Assembly (NCBI GenBank): GCA_002633005.1
Contig: NMRA01000343.1
Coordinates: forward strand, 62,001 to 126,000
Reading direction: 5' to 3'
DNA: 64,000 nt
Origin: Phoronis australis
Lineage: Eukaryota > Animalia > Phoronida
In this document: positions 1-14,200 of the stretch, piece by piece
Numbering within the stretch: the stretch's first letter is position 1
Layout of the letters: every line of letters starts with the position of its first letter
Notes under the pieces: generated by a model
The model's input: the letters and a program-made list of their open reading frames with translations, nothing else
Told to the model about the DNA's origin: nothing
Databases searched by the model: none
Program-made: the position numbers and the translations under genes

Positions 1-381
1 TATTAACCCCTTGAGGTTTAGATAGTCTTAGAATATTAAGTTCTTAAATTTCAGAAACATTCTGAAAATTTTTCTTCGAATTCGAGGGGCACACGCCTTC
101 GGTTAAAATTTTTCCACAAGGAAAACATTTTTCTGATCATTCAAATCAGAATTTCTCAAAAAAAAAGTTCATTTTCCAATTGGCATACATTTGGGATTCA
201 AATTCTTGATATTAAGTATTGAGATTTGAGCATGGAATCTAAACTAAATGGATTTGTTTTATGAACAATAGACTTCTTGCAGTTCAAAAAATATTACAAA
301 TTTAATTATAAGTTAGGTAAGTTAAATGTCACTATTGCCTTGCTCCACTATAACTGCGTAACTCATTCCACTCCACCCTAG

Positions 382-3300
382 GTGTCTGAGAACTTGCTAA
401 GTATCTATCTGGATGAGTATGAAGAAACCCCCTGGGATGCCTTGAAATACTTGATTGCTGGTATCAACTACGGGGGTCACGTGACCGATGACTACGATCG
501 TCGACTGCTGATGACTTACATATCTGAGATGTTCTGTGAGGAGACCATTGCAGCACCATTCTTTAAGTAGGTTCCTTTCTTGGCAAAGTTCTGTGCCTTG
601 TAGTTTACTTAATTAATAGTTTCTTTGTTGAAATAATTCTTTGGAATATAGACAGTATTTATTAAAAATTAAGTGGCATTTTGTCCAAGCAGGCACGTGT
701 TATGAGTGTTTCCAAAGATCTGGCCCCTCCCTTCCCAGTCATTTTTCCTTGACTGTAATGGAGGGTCCCTCTTTTAATGGTCCTCTGGGCCATGATCCAG
801 AATGAAAAAATAATGTCAAAACTAGGCCTAATTCTAACGAATTCATTAAACTCGACAACTGTTGATCAATCATTATTGAATAACAATCTCTTCAACAATT
901 TTTTTATTCAGACTGTCGTCTCTACCCACGTATTACGTGCCAAAGGATGGACCACTCAACTCCTACAAAGAGTATGTTAGTATGCTACCCAACATTGATC
1001 ACCCCGAGGCTTTCGGCCAACACCCCAACGCTGATATCGCCTCGCAGATTGCCGAGACCAGGATGTTGTTCGAGACCCTGCTCTCGCTTCAGCCGCAGGT
1101 GTCCTCAGGAGGTGGAGAAAGCCGTGAAGATAAGGTGAGTTTGGCCGCAGTATTACTGTGTCATGTTGGAGAACATTACATTTTGGTTTGGTCGATAAAT
1201 CAGTGTTTAAATATCCAATTTACTCCAAAAAAATTAGAATTCCAAGACTGACAACTAGGTATTACAAATTTCTTCTGCTCAGTTTACAAAATGGAGGATG
1301 CACTGACATTTGGAACATGAATGATCATCACAGACTTGGGTACTGTGTGTGCACGAGAACAGTACATAGCACAACTGGTGGTCCCGATGGCTGGGTGGAC
1401 TTGAAGCTGTCCCCGGATTACTGAAGGTCATAGGGTTCAAGCAGAAATCTTTTTGGACTTTATAATCAGGTCAGATAATGTGACCATGTATGTGGGTATC
1501 TGCGGTATACATTTACATAATATGCAGTCATTCTAGTTGCGTGTTAAAATATGTGGTCAAGTCATTTTAAAAATGAAAAAGTTAGTGTTAATTAATTAAG
1601 ATTTGTCTTCACAATTAAGTACTAATTAAAATTCCAGGTGTTGGATTTGGCTGCAAACATTGGCAAGCAGGTCCCAGAAAATATCGACTACGAGGGAACA
1701 GCTAAGATTCTGTCTGTTGACCCTTCACCTTTGAACGTTGTCTTACTGCAAGAGGTAAGAGCATGGAATACTTTTTAGAAAAAATGTAATTTATTGTCAC
1801 AAAATTCATTTTCAGTTCAAATGAGGCAGCCTCTTGAATTAACAGAAGTTTTGAGCATATTTTCCGCCTTGCAACTCACCTATATTGGTTTTGGCTGTGC
1901 GGTTTCCTGGTGCTCTGGTGTTTTTTTGTATGTTTTAAACTTACAAGACTTTGAATTTATTTTGCTTCTCATTTATTAGTTTTTCAGGATGTTGATGCTT
2001 GGCGTGTAGCAGCCATGAATTATCACAGCCATGACTGTGTTTTATGTCAGATATAAAAAATAATTTCTCTCTCAGCAAGTCTCATTTTCTTGACTGTTAA
2101 GTTACTTGTTGGCGATAAATTTCATAAATTCCTTTCATATTTCAGATTGAGCGTTATAACGCACTGTTGAATGAGATCCGCCAGTCGCTGTCTGACCTTG
2201 AGAAAGGCATACAGGGTCTGGTAGTGATGTCATCTGAGCTGGAGGACATCTTTAATTGTATCTACGACGGCAAGGTGCCGCCGGCGTGGCTTAAAGTGAG
2301 TCTGAGCTATGAAGAGTCTTAATTATCATCCCAAAAAGTTTATAAAATGGCTATGGTTCAGTGGTGTGGAAATGAGGCTCTAAAGTTCGTTTGAAACTCA
2401 GACTGACCACACATCTAGTGATGCCTGCAATGAGTTCCACAGGGAATGCTGGGTAAAACATGGCCAGATACCACCAACTGACTGACTGCCTTTATATCAC
2501 CTGAAATGTGAAAGTGTGCTAACGATTTATCAATTTTCGAATTTGCGGTAAAAATCTTTTAGTCCCTGGCCCTGAACCAAATTAGCTTACTATCTTTGCA
2601 TTTATATTTTGTCTCATATATTAAACTTGGCTATCATGAAAAGTATGTACTCTGTTGATAATTCTTTTTTACTAAAATTTTCTATAAAACCTTGAAAAAG
2701 GCAACGTCCAAGAAACATTGCACAGATTCACTTTTGGTGGTTATTTTTACTGCAGCTTTCCATTTTTAAAATGGACAAATCTGGGTTTTAGTAGAAAATA
2801 TGTCACTCACCTGTGACAAAATATTGGTTAATAGGAATTTACCCTTTTCTCTTCGGAATCCATTAAATCCTAAAATCATTGGATTTCGATGTTTATAACA
2901 TAAACTTTTCTACTGCATCTTTACATTGTTGTCTTGTCTATCCACAGGCGTATCCATCACGTAAGCCCCTGGCCTCCTGGACACGTGACCTGGTCAAGCG
3001 CCTGGAGCACTTCGCCAACTGGGCCCTGACCGCCCACCCACCTCTCCTCTTCTACCTGGCCTACTTCACCTTCCCAACCGGCTTCCTGACTGCTGTACTA
3101 CAGACCTCCGCTCGACAGAATAATGTCTCAGTTGACTTGCTATCCTGGGAGTTCTCAGTCATGACTGTTGATGACTCCAACTTGACTGGTGCACCAAAGG
3201 TGAGAGATATTGAAGAGTGTGTATACCTCGCCCATTTGGGTGATCGTCCAGGGCATTTTAACCATGAAACTGAAAAATTCAGCTGAAGGTAGTGAAATGT

Positions 3301-4313
3301 GGTTGCTTAAAGGTGAAATTTCCTAAGATTTGTGGGTGAGCATTGTTCATCTGAAAATGATAGTTTGGTTGTTTGGCAACTTATTTAAGTGTATTTTTTA
3401 ATTGAAAATTTATTAGAAATTTCAATATTTTCCATTATTTTTCACCAGGACGGTGTGTTGATCAAGGGCTTGTTCCTAGAGGGCGCCGGCTGGGACAAGA
3501 AGAATGCGTGTCTGGTCGAGGCCAATCCCATGATGCTGGTGTGCCCCATACCCACAATACACTTCAAACCGGTCGAGAACAAGAAAAAGACTGGAAAGGG
3601 TAGGTGTTGAGTTTTGCGGTGTGGCACCGTGCCTCTTCCTGCACTGTCTTGTGGTGATGTCACCATTGCAGTATACTGGTGTTGGTGTTTCTTTATTGCC
3701 AAGTAAATGCCATGCAATGTGGCAAAGTTCATCTTGTTTCATTGTAGTCTTGGTAGAAATGTGAAAGAAATCGAAAGAAAATAATTGTGGGTCATTTAAG
3801 AATTAGCTGAAAATTTATTGTTCTGGAATTTATCTATCAACATTTTGACAGGAAGTGAGATGCAGTGGAACTGGGTTACAATGACCTCATGGTCGGTTCA
3901 TGAGTTCCAAGCCAACTGTACCATGTTCAACTTGCTTCGGTTGCAGTGATCTTGTGTTGCAACAAACATTTGAGAAAGGTCACGGAGGGTTCGTTGTAAC
4001 AGGGTTGTACTATAGGTGATCCACTTCGTCATTCCAACTTGGCAAAGTACTGATGTGTGAAAAACACGGAACAACTTCCTTGAGATATTTGTCATTTGTA
4101 GTGTCATTGGGCCTCTTATAGTTCTTTCTTAATTCCAGTCGTTATATGTATGTTACAGGTATGTACAACTGCCCCTGTTATTACTATCCAAATCGCGCGG
4201 GCGGTAGTGGTCGCCCCTCGTTCGTGGTGGGCGTCGACCTCAAGTCTGGTGACAAGGGATCAGACCATTGGACCAAGCGAGGTACTGCCTTGTTGATGAG
4301 TCTGGACTCGTAA
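382..4313 (+). CDS. DNAH2: Axonemal dynein heavy chain 2, 3' end (last 7 coding exons; gene begins upstream of the window)
   Basis: Exons read from sequence with AG/GT boundaries and consistent phases: 382-566, 912-1134, 1638-1754, 2146-2295, 2948-3199, 3449-3599, 4159-4313 (TAA). Dynein AAA6/C-terminal motifs include PWDALKYLIAGINYGGHVTDDYDRRLL, HPEAFGQHPNADI, VVLLQEIERYN, FTFPTGFLTAVLQ and GLFLEGAGWD. The C-terminus MYNCPCYYYPNRAG...HWTKRGTALLMSLDS resembles vertebrate DNAH2 as recalled. Confidence 0.93.
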
Positions 4314-4919
4314 AGAAGGAGGGAAAGTAGTAGGAGTTCAAAACAATGGCGTTTAATGCGTAAAATTTTTGTCAAGAAAAGTTTTAGTAAAGAAATGTTA
4401 TACAAAACAATGTTATACAAACAGAGTCAACATTTATGTGAATGAGCCATCATTTGCATTCACATGTTGTTGGCAAAATATTTCATAAATATGTTAAGCT
4501 ATTGATCAATTGAAATGCATTGGTTAAAGTTTTTAAGTAATTGCCATTTTGAACTGTGAGACGCCAACATTCAGTTAAGTGTAGATGATGGCATGTTTTA
4601 TTCATGATGGATTTATTCATGATGAAGCCTTTGAAGAGGAAAGTCAGAAACTATCAAATGAGAAAACTGTGATAGATGTAAATATTTTCATTGTACTGTT
4701 ATAATTCATGTTTGAGTTTATGTTTTTAAGTGTATTTTATTTAAAAGTTATTATTTTCTTAAAGAATTTTTTAAACAGTTTCTAGATTCTGTTGAGCTAG
4801 AAAAATACCATTCCATCCGTTATCAACTGGTTGTCAGAGTCTGTTATTTCCGAGAGTTTGGTTAGTATTTGATAATCAACATTTTGCCATTTTAAATACT
4901 TTTTGCTGATGATTTATTT

Positions 4920-4929
4920 AATAAATAAA
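4920..4929 (+). terminator. Probable polyadenylation signal of DNAH2 (overlapping AATAAA hexamers)
   Basis: AATAAATAAA about 600 nt after the stop codon, followed by a T/GT-rich tract (tttttattttgttttt). Confidence 0.55.
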
Positions 4930-6299
4930 TGAATACTTACATTTTTATTTTGTTTTGTTCACTCCAAGTATCATGGCCTAGGGACTGGAGAACATTTAGT
5001 AATATTGCTTCAAATGGTGATTTTTTAGGAAAATGTCAAAGGTAAAAGTTGAAGTTCTGTCAATTTTAGTAATCCCCTAAGAAAGAGTATCCAATCTTAT
5101 TTAATACTATTCAAAGCTTCTTACATTTTGATGATGGAATTTAATTGACTTTTGTTTTTTAAAAAAATCACGTTTTGTTACAGTATTTTTCTGGTCATGT
5201 GTGAGAAACATAAAATTATCTTCATCTCTCCCCAAATCTTCCCCCGTGTTATAGTTGTTTGACCCCTTGCTCATATTTTTGGGTATTTTGATAACTATTG
5301 AGTCAAATACCAACTGCTGACTAGAATACCTGGGGGATATTCTCATGGAAATGGTATGTGGGGGTGCAGCTCAGTAGATAGCACTGCCTACGACCAATTT
5401 CCCTACTAGGAGGTGTCTTGTGGCAAAATTTCCCCACAAAAGGGTTTCACATATATATGTGTAAATCTTGAACGGTCGTGGGAATATAGATAACAACCTA
5501 TGCAGAAATCTTTTCAGACTTATGTTCAACAGGTCGTGTGATATGGCCAGAAGGTGGCGTGCAGACAAGACATTTCAAAAACTTTTGTTGTTGCAACGGA
5601 TGTACTCGCTTGTGGAAACACAGCATCTCTTTTTGTTTTATTTTGGGTTCAAAGGTTAAAACTTCACTGTCCAAGAGTCCCTATGAAGGGGTTAGGTTTA
5701 CGCGTGAATTATCCCTACATACGGGTGATGTTTCTGGAGCAGAAGCCTGCGAAGGGTGGCTTAATAGAATCTCCCTATGGATCCCCTTTCTGAGACCACC
5801 CTCTAAATGGGTGGGTGTCTTAGTTGTCCAGCTCCACCCTCCATCATTGATATAGTCGATTCCTCCCCGGGCTTAAAATTTGCCCCAAGCGTCTGCCTGT
5901 TCACATGCAGCAAGTCTACAATAATCTTACAGCGGCTACTTCACAAACTGGGTTATTTTCTCTACCGTTTGAACCTCTCACAGAATCACACCTGGTTGTG
6001 TTCCGTAGATAAAAAATGGCAACAACGCAAAGGTCACAAGTGAAGCACGTGAGCACACCTGGTTTTTCTCGCGAGTGTCTTGGACTTAAAAAACTAGGCC
6101 CGATGGCGGCGGTCGATATTCTGATGGGCTCTTTTGGCTTACGTCCTACTGATGTTTTGCGAGTGGTCGGTCGTATATTGAAAAATCATACAGAGTGTAT
6201 TCCAAGTTACGTCTTCACAAATTTTGGTAAATAAATAAAATTCTAAAGTTTCTTGTAATTTCAGTGTGCGTCTGCTGTATCTGTGATGTATGATCCTCT

Positions 6300-9200
6300 T
6301 TACCCCCTGCGGTGTGGAGCGAGAGACTGTCCGTCATAAGACGACATTTTGGGGAATTCTTTAGCGATCACCATCAAAATTTTATCGGTGGCGATGTCTC
6401 CCCAACCTTTTCGTTTGATTGAGTATTGAATACGCCGCAAGCTGTCTCCGAACTCGACTCCTAGCTTGATTTCTGTCTGGATTTCGGCGTTCAGGTCCAT
6501 AGCCTTTGAAATAAAGCAAGAGATAGTTACTCTATAAAATGTTGGAGTAGTCATCCACAGTTTTTGAACCGAGCACGAAGCATTCATCGTCGTTTCTGAT
6601 TTCTGCAAACCTGGAAAAACGCTCATGAATGAATACCAAAACCACACGAAAACAACTTGAAGGCGTTCATGAATTCCTCTTTTAAGAATGCCCTTACGGA
6701 AAGTCTCCTTTGTTTTCATTAGATTAGGTCTTGTATTTTTTAAAGAATTGGTGGCAATGAGTTTTTGGCTCGTATTGCAATAGAATCCTCTTTTTAACTC
6801 GCTTTTGTCAAGTCAAAACATTGCTCAAATTATGAAGCGTTACCATTGTTTTATAAAACTTGTGTCATGGTTGAAAATATCGAAGCGTCTGGTCTGAGGG
6901 TCGAAATGTGTCAGATTGCCAGTCACGTACTAGATAACACTTAAGATGTCATCGTTTGACAAAGCTTCGGTAAGCCGACGAATTTGTTTTCTGTATTTCT
7001 GCTGTTGATATTCACATGTAGTCCTGGATATGTAAAATACCTACTGGAAGCATACCTTAACTTATTTGGTATGACACCTAAAAACACAGCATTACTCTTC
7101 CATCACGTTATTGGTGAAAATAAAAACGAAATTTTTGCTCCAAAGAGATCTGTCATCCACTAACCTGGAGTTGCTCAGTGACTTTTGCATACTTGTCGAT
7201 GAGCGTCTTCTGTTGGACCTTTAGTTTATCAGCTGTGGGGATTCTCAGAATAGCCTTCGAGTCTACACCGGGAACTTCAACAATGCCCGCCAATTCACTG
7301 AACGACTGCCTCGAAGAAGAAAAGGCCGCCTTCAGATCATTGTTGGAATTTCTTTCCATTGTAATTTGTCCATCTGCAAAATGAAAATTCACTCATTTGT
7401 TGCAGACAGTCCCTAAAATGAGTGTGTAGTGTATCCAAGTGACAAATCTCACATTTTCTAATTGTTTTCGATGTCATGTTCAAAGAGTATCATGGTAAGC
7501 CTACTATGATTTGATCGACTTAGTTCGAGTTCGTTTCATGAAAAGTTGAACTGAAATGACGGGGAAGAAGGATCTTCAAAATTACTGAATAGGTAATTTT
7601 ATCATCTTGAATGGTTTTGAATTGTTTGGAATCGAATTGAAACTAGACACTATTTTACAAGTGTTCATAAAGTTTTGAAATTTTCTTACAAACAAATTGA
7701 GTTTTTGATGACAATGATCCAGACTTTTCTTGGCACATCGAGATAAGTGTTCGAGAATGTACATGTAAGGATACGCGGCTTTCGTACCCCGATAAAAAGG
7801 TCATGATTCGTTGCCGTTTCATTTGAAGTTATAGCCGTCCCATTCATCAAACTCGTGTCAAAATAACTTCACGGATAAGTTCACTACCTATATCTTTTTT
7901 GATTTGTAGCAACTCGTTGTTCGTGTTTCTCATGGATTCGGCCATGTCTTTCGCCATTTTGACGTCCACAGCAACAGAAACACCCAGGGAGAACAGACTT
8001 CCAATTACAATCGAAGTTTCCTTGACGTAGCCTCTGATCTAAAACACGAATTGAAATCGTTGGCATCTTGGGGTTAAGAATGTTTGAAAGACGTTGTCGA
8101 TGGTAAAATGTAATATTTTAGGTCACATTTTATTCAATACGTTTCCGTGTGTGAAGCTATTGGTACCCACGTGATCATTAATTTACGCACGTGTAGTCCC
8201 CTATTTAGGTACGTAACATTTTCCCACTGCACGTTTGGCCATTGATTTCGCGATTGTAACGTCTTATGCCGAAAAACTTTATCAAGAGACATTAAGTATA
8301 AGCGGTACTATTAGGTTCAAAGTATGACATTTAGTATAAATCGAAGCAACCTTAATACGCATGCGCGATAGCAGTTCCGTCGTTCCCAACGCCATGTTCG
8401 TATCGGAGACCCTTTGTCCCATCGCTGGACAACGCGTCGTTTCTATGGCCATGATAGCATTTCTGTCTCTGTCGTGGCTACGCTCCCCCTCCTTCCCTTC
8501 AACTATAACTCTGAAGTGAATTAATATGGTCAAATCGCCTTACCTTTCTGATATTAGGTTTGTTCCACCAGGCTCGGACTCTATTCAACTGTTGCTTAGC
8601 ACGATGGAAACGGGGGCTGGTGATGGGACGTAGCGCCAACTTGGCCGGGTTCGTCTTGACAACTTTTGTGGGGAAATCTATGGGGTTCTTAATGACGCCA
8701 TCCTTCTTCAGTTTGTTGTAGGCAAACTTGAGTCCTGAATGCGACAGTTTGTAAACAGTATCTTAATGGCATTTCAGCGATATTTTCTTTTTAAGTGAGA
8801 TATTGTGACAAGCGAGATACGTGTGTTACAGTCTGTCGACTCATCAGTACTCCGTACGATGTGCATGGTCACGCACCCGGTTTTACCCTTCCCGGCTAGC
8901 CTAGATCGGCTCTTGGGTATCTAAGATTATGTAGAATCTTGTCGACAACTCTGTGTAATTGCCAAATATCTTAAAAACAAGAGGCAGAAAGACTATAGAG
9001 TTTGATTTTTGGCTTTTTGTTAACAGGCCAAGGTTGGGTCACGTAACCATGTTTTAAGTAGTATTTAGCAAAACGTGAAGGTAGCAAAGCCACGGTATTG
9101 ATGAGACTAAATTTTGTTTATAATAAATATTCAAATGTTCAGTTTTCTAAATCATTTCGTTTTCGTTTCATACAGCTTTTGATTTTTTTTCATGAAAATG

Positions 9201-11230
9201 GTAAAAGTCCAATTTTCAAAGCACCTCATACAAAAGTGGAACATTTTAAAAACAACTGCTAACAAAGTTTTGGAGAAGATGGCATAAAACATAGCATGTG
9301 AAAGTTTGGTATGAATCAGATCTACCGTCTGGGAGGTACGATGTTCCAAAGTTGGCCAAGTTTGGACATCAGTTTCTCGAGCGTACTGCACAATCTTAAA
9401 AACGCTTAGATGTGTGCTTGTTAATCAGTTTTTATGAGCTAATTGTCTCATCAACTCGGTAAAAAACATTCTCATCAACGAAAGAAAAAATATATGTATG
9501 ATGTTTGCAGATTTTCTTTGGCACGCTATTTTAGCTGATTTGCAGGAGACTTCGCGTACTATGATCATACAATTATTCATATTCATGATCTATGAGCCTT
9601 CATTTACCAATACAAACTGTAACTGAACATACTACGGAAAATTAGGACTGACTTACCGTGGTATAGCAATTTCGCGCCGTCAAAAATTCCCAGGATCGCC
9701 AGTTTGGTAACAGCCGCTTTTTTCATAGCTTCGAACTCTTCGCGGTAAGCGTTCAATAGACGGTTAGTGTTGGCCTCGAACTCTTTAGCCAGGCCTTCGT
9801 ATACGTTCGGAGTACCTGGAAAATCACAACGTAAAAAGGATACCAAAACCCTGTTTTGGCCCATTGAAAAATATCAAAAACAACTTTTCAATCTAGATTT
9901 CTGACACAGAATAATGCTATGTAATCTTCGACAGCCTTCAAAAGTTTGGAGCAAAATTGGGAATCTCCTTACAAACTCTGCTGGACGGGCAAGCGTGACC
10001 TACGACGTAGGTTCGGTCAAAGGCAAGTCTACGCGAAGGCCGATGCTGCATTGTTGCATGGAGCGAAGTTCACGTTCAAGCTCAGCGCACGTGTTCATGA
10101 ATTGACAACAAAAGTTTAGGATGCGTCAGAATTAGTTAAAATCAGAGTTACGACCTTTTAAAAACGGGGCAAAAATTTCCAAGAAGGTGTCTACACGCTC
10201 GACGTTTATCGTTTATAATACTATGATGTCTATGGTTTCTCCAATCGCGTACCGGCGCTTAGGCCTAAATGAGCGTATGTGTGGTGTACATCGTCGAGTA
10301 AAATTAATGCATACCAATTTTTCTTGTAATAGACACGACTAGGTAAGCGATGTTGCCGGATTGTTGGGCAAGATCATTGTTGTACGCAAGGATGTCAGTC
10401 ATGTCTTTGTACAACTTCCTGAAATAATACAAAATAACATACTCTACTAATAAGTTACATGAATTTTGGACTATAATAACAAGAAGACAATAGTGCCCTT
10501 CCCATGTGAAGACTACCTTACTATAGTCCCACTATTTTTTAAGCAAATATTTTCTAAGATTTTTTGCTTTGGTACAAAAGTTTTCTGGGATCTTGGGTTC
10601 CATCAAATTTTGAAAGATTATTCCCGGAAAATTTATTCATGATGTGACCTTAGTTTACTTAAGTAAAATTCTAAGCCATACAGCTCTGGACCAATGGTAG
10701 TGTTGAAACTTATGTTCTGACTACATCTGTTATAAGTCTCACTGATGTCTTTTTGACGCCTGCCAATAGGGCCTAAAAAACCTGCTAGGGTTGCATGGAG
10801 TCACAACAGGTTAGTGGAAATAACTGCAAAAAGATTCATGCGAAACTTCTGAGACTGAAGTACATTTCAATGCTACTAGTGGTAAAATGTCTTTGTGGTA
10901 ACAGTAATAAAAATCCAGGAGTAGCGTTACGTGTATTTTACGTGGTGAAATAATTTGTACTCGAAATTATTTTTGGCATTTTCCATTCCATCATAAATGT
11001 CTAATATTCTATGCTCTAGTACTTACGGTTTAAGCACATGAGTTTCTAGTCCAATTTCACATTTGATCAACCGTAGAGTTTTGAGCTACAAACACGAGTA
11101 AAAACTCGAGATTTCGAATAAAAACCCGAAATTTTGAGTTCCGATTCGGACTTTTAGCCTAAATGTTGGTGTCTTCAAGTGCAAACTAGGATTAGACAAC
11201 AATTCGCCTAATGTTGATAATAATAATAAC

Positions 11231-11273
<43 letters not shown>

Positions 11274-14200
11274 GTAAATCTAAATAATAATATTAGTGAT
11301 AGATGTAATGACAAGAATGAAAATATATTATGTTAAAGCAGTTTGAAATCAAGTCGTGACAAAAACATAATTTTTGATTAATACCACGCGCCACTATAAA
11401 TTTTGTCACGACTTGTTCCTCTCATCGTAGGTTGTCACTGATTTCATAATTATAAATACTGACTCGTTTGCGACATCTAGATCGTCAAGAATCTTAAACT
11501 TGGGTTTCAGCTCTGTCTCCAGCTTGTTAATGCTCTTCTCCAGTTTACAAATGTCTGGCTCGTAGACACACCCATTGCTGACTACATTGGTAATGCTGAG
11601 CGTCAAGTCAAGGATATCTGTGATGATTGAGATGACGCTACCAATACCTCGCTCGACGCGACCTGCGCACAGAAATGAATTGATACCCGGGGCCGAGATC
11701 TAATCTTTGAACTCGAAATCGAAAATATTTTTAGCATTTTCTATACCACTTTTATGCCAATTCAAGATAAGTATCCACTGTACTCTGATCGTGTACAAAA
11801 ATAATTTTGAGTTCGATCTCGATCAAAAAGATTAGACACCGGGCCCAAAAGAGACGTCAGTGTTGTCTGCTCCAACCACTTTCGTTCAACACAGAGCATT
11901 CGTTTGCTTCCGTGTGACCTTTTCCTGGTATTGTTAACTGAATCGAAAGCAGCAGGCAGACATTATGCACCTCCCTGCAAAAAGGGGATAAAGTGCACAA
12001 GCTCAAAAGCTCACAACAATTGTATTTTGTTCACAATCAATAAGCGTGTCAGTGTTAAAGATTCTATACTACATTCCAAAATACAAATGAAAGATTCGCG
12101 TCAGTATTTCCAAATTTGCCGGCCAGTTCTTTCATATGAGATTTCCGTTTTTTCTCATAAATATGTCTTTTAACTATGCGTCCCATACAGACTGGTCCAC
12201 ATTCCTTTATTTCAGTAAATTTTTGCATTGGTCTAACGACACACAAACAATTTTGGTTGATCATAATTCATCATGATAAAAGATTTTTAATATGGATTCA
12301 TATCAACCATTCATATGAATTATTATCAACCATTTTTATCTTATTATAATATTCATATGAATTCATAGAAATGGTTGATATAATTTTTTTCATCCAAGGT
12401 TTATCATCTATCGTGATTATTTATGATGATTTCTTTATCACTGAGCTATGATGAATGACCAAGCGTGGTTGCCCATGAATGACGTTATGGGTGATTCATT
12501 TATCACCAACCTTATGATCATTTATCACCAACCAGATATGAATTCACATCAACCAAAATGGGAGTGTAGGTCAAGACTGAATGGAACTGTGGAAACGTTT
12601 AGTGTGATTTTTGATTGGTCTGTGAACACACTCACTCCTCCCACTGGCACAAAGTGTCGGCCGAAAAGTTGGTCAAAGTCTGGGGCAGATCCATGATTTT
12701 TTAAGAGGGGGGGGGTCTAAGTCAACAACTTGAAAATTCTAGATTTGATGTCACTAAAATCCGCCTAGTCGAAAATCCCCGACTTCTCTTCAACTTGTCG
12801 AGCGACACCTGCAATACGTCGCGCGACACGAAGGCAACCTTTTTCCATGTCATTTTGAGCTAAAATAAGGTTGGTTGGTTATCCTAGACATATTTTCCAC
12901 TTAATTACAGCTTTTCGTAATTTTGTTAATTACTCGTCCGCTACTCCGGAAGTGACGTTTTAGGAGGCAAGCATTTCGCGCCAATTTCTTTTCATATAGT
13001 CTGACTGTGAGAGCTGCCGACTCAGTCATTGTTCTACCTCGGTTGTGTTAAGTTCCATCGTCGTTTGCTTTCATTTACTATTCGCATGCCACACTGTTTC
13101 TGCGTACCGGGATGTACTAATTATCGTCTCACGCGCGCTTTGGGAGTACCTTTGCATCGCTTTCCGATGGATGACACACTTCGCCGTACTTGGCTCTTTC
13201 GTGTGAAGAGCGCAGCGTTACCCGTCCACGCAACGTACAAAGCAGTCGAGAATACCGTGTGTGCGGCAAGCACTTTCTGCCCTCCGGTTACGAAAGGGAT
13301 TTGTACGCTGAACTGATGAAGGTCCCTGCGAAACAACGTCTGAAGCAGGATGCCACTCCGTCCGTGTTAATTCCCGGCAGTGCCCCGTCGCCACCCCCGA
13401 GATGTGTGTTTTTGAAGCCAAAGCCTCGCGAGCTGTGGCCAGTACAGTGACTGGAGCCAGTGGAGGCACTTCATCTATTGTCACCCGTGCCTCCGAACGT
13501 ACCCCAGAGCGTGCCATTCCTGGAACCAGTAGTGATTCGCCCTGTGCTGTTTTCTCCAGCCCAGAGCCTCTAAGCAGCCCTGCAGCGATATTGAGTACAG
13601 GACCAGTTCGACACCCAGTGAAGAGGACACTTCGTCGTCCAGTGAACAATAAACTTATCAAAGTTTGGCTCACCGGGTGAGCCAAACTTTGATAAATTTA
13701 TTGTGGACTTGTCTAAAGTGTTGTCGCTATTTAGAATGTGCCAGGTGTGAGGAGAGGGTGTCACACGACACGATGTAAGCAGTTTGGGTGCTCAGGTCGC
13801 CATCCAGTGGGAATGTGTCGCGGGACACTCTGGCAAGTGGGACAGTTGTTCCTCTGTCCGTGGTATGCCGGAGGTCTACTTAACCGTGTCCGGTAGTGGC
13901 TTGGCCTCGTCGAACTCTGAACAGCACAAGCATTCCATTGAGGTAGGCATAACAACGCACACAGTGCATTTGCACCAAGATGTATCACCACGTCTGTCCT
14001 CAGTAGCCGCTTCATTTCTGTCAACAGCTGCCTGTGCCTGTGCGTACTCTGCCTCGTTATACTCGGGCTCAAACATGTACCCACCCACTGAATGTCCGTG
14101 AAAAAATTCTTCGTCACCACTGCTGTGAACAAGGTCTCCGTCACTCACACTACTGTTACTGTGATACGGGTCACCGAGTCCAGCAATTTTCAGCTTACAA

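Noticed and set aside
3442-4420. Minus-strand ORFs overlapping dynein exons (and similar antisense ORFs over WD40 exons)
   Set aside because: Antisense shadows of real exons.
5359-5400. tRNA gene (ggggtgcagctcagtagatagc)
   Set aside because: Only an A-box-like 5' part; no T-arm/B box or cloverleaf. At most a SINE relic.
5468-6234. Cluster of short plus-strand ORFs followed by AATAAA
   Set aside because: No homology cues or splice structure; lies between two 3' ends and is probably UTR or intergenic.
6300-11662. Endogenous virus or Polinton remnant suggested by scattered orphan ORF fragments and an RxxR-hydrophobic 'fusion peptide'
   Set aside because: The fragments splice into one intact GT-AG gene with a signal peptide. 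No polymerase, integrase, capsid or TM-anchored envelope features.
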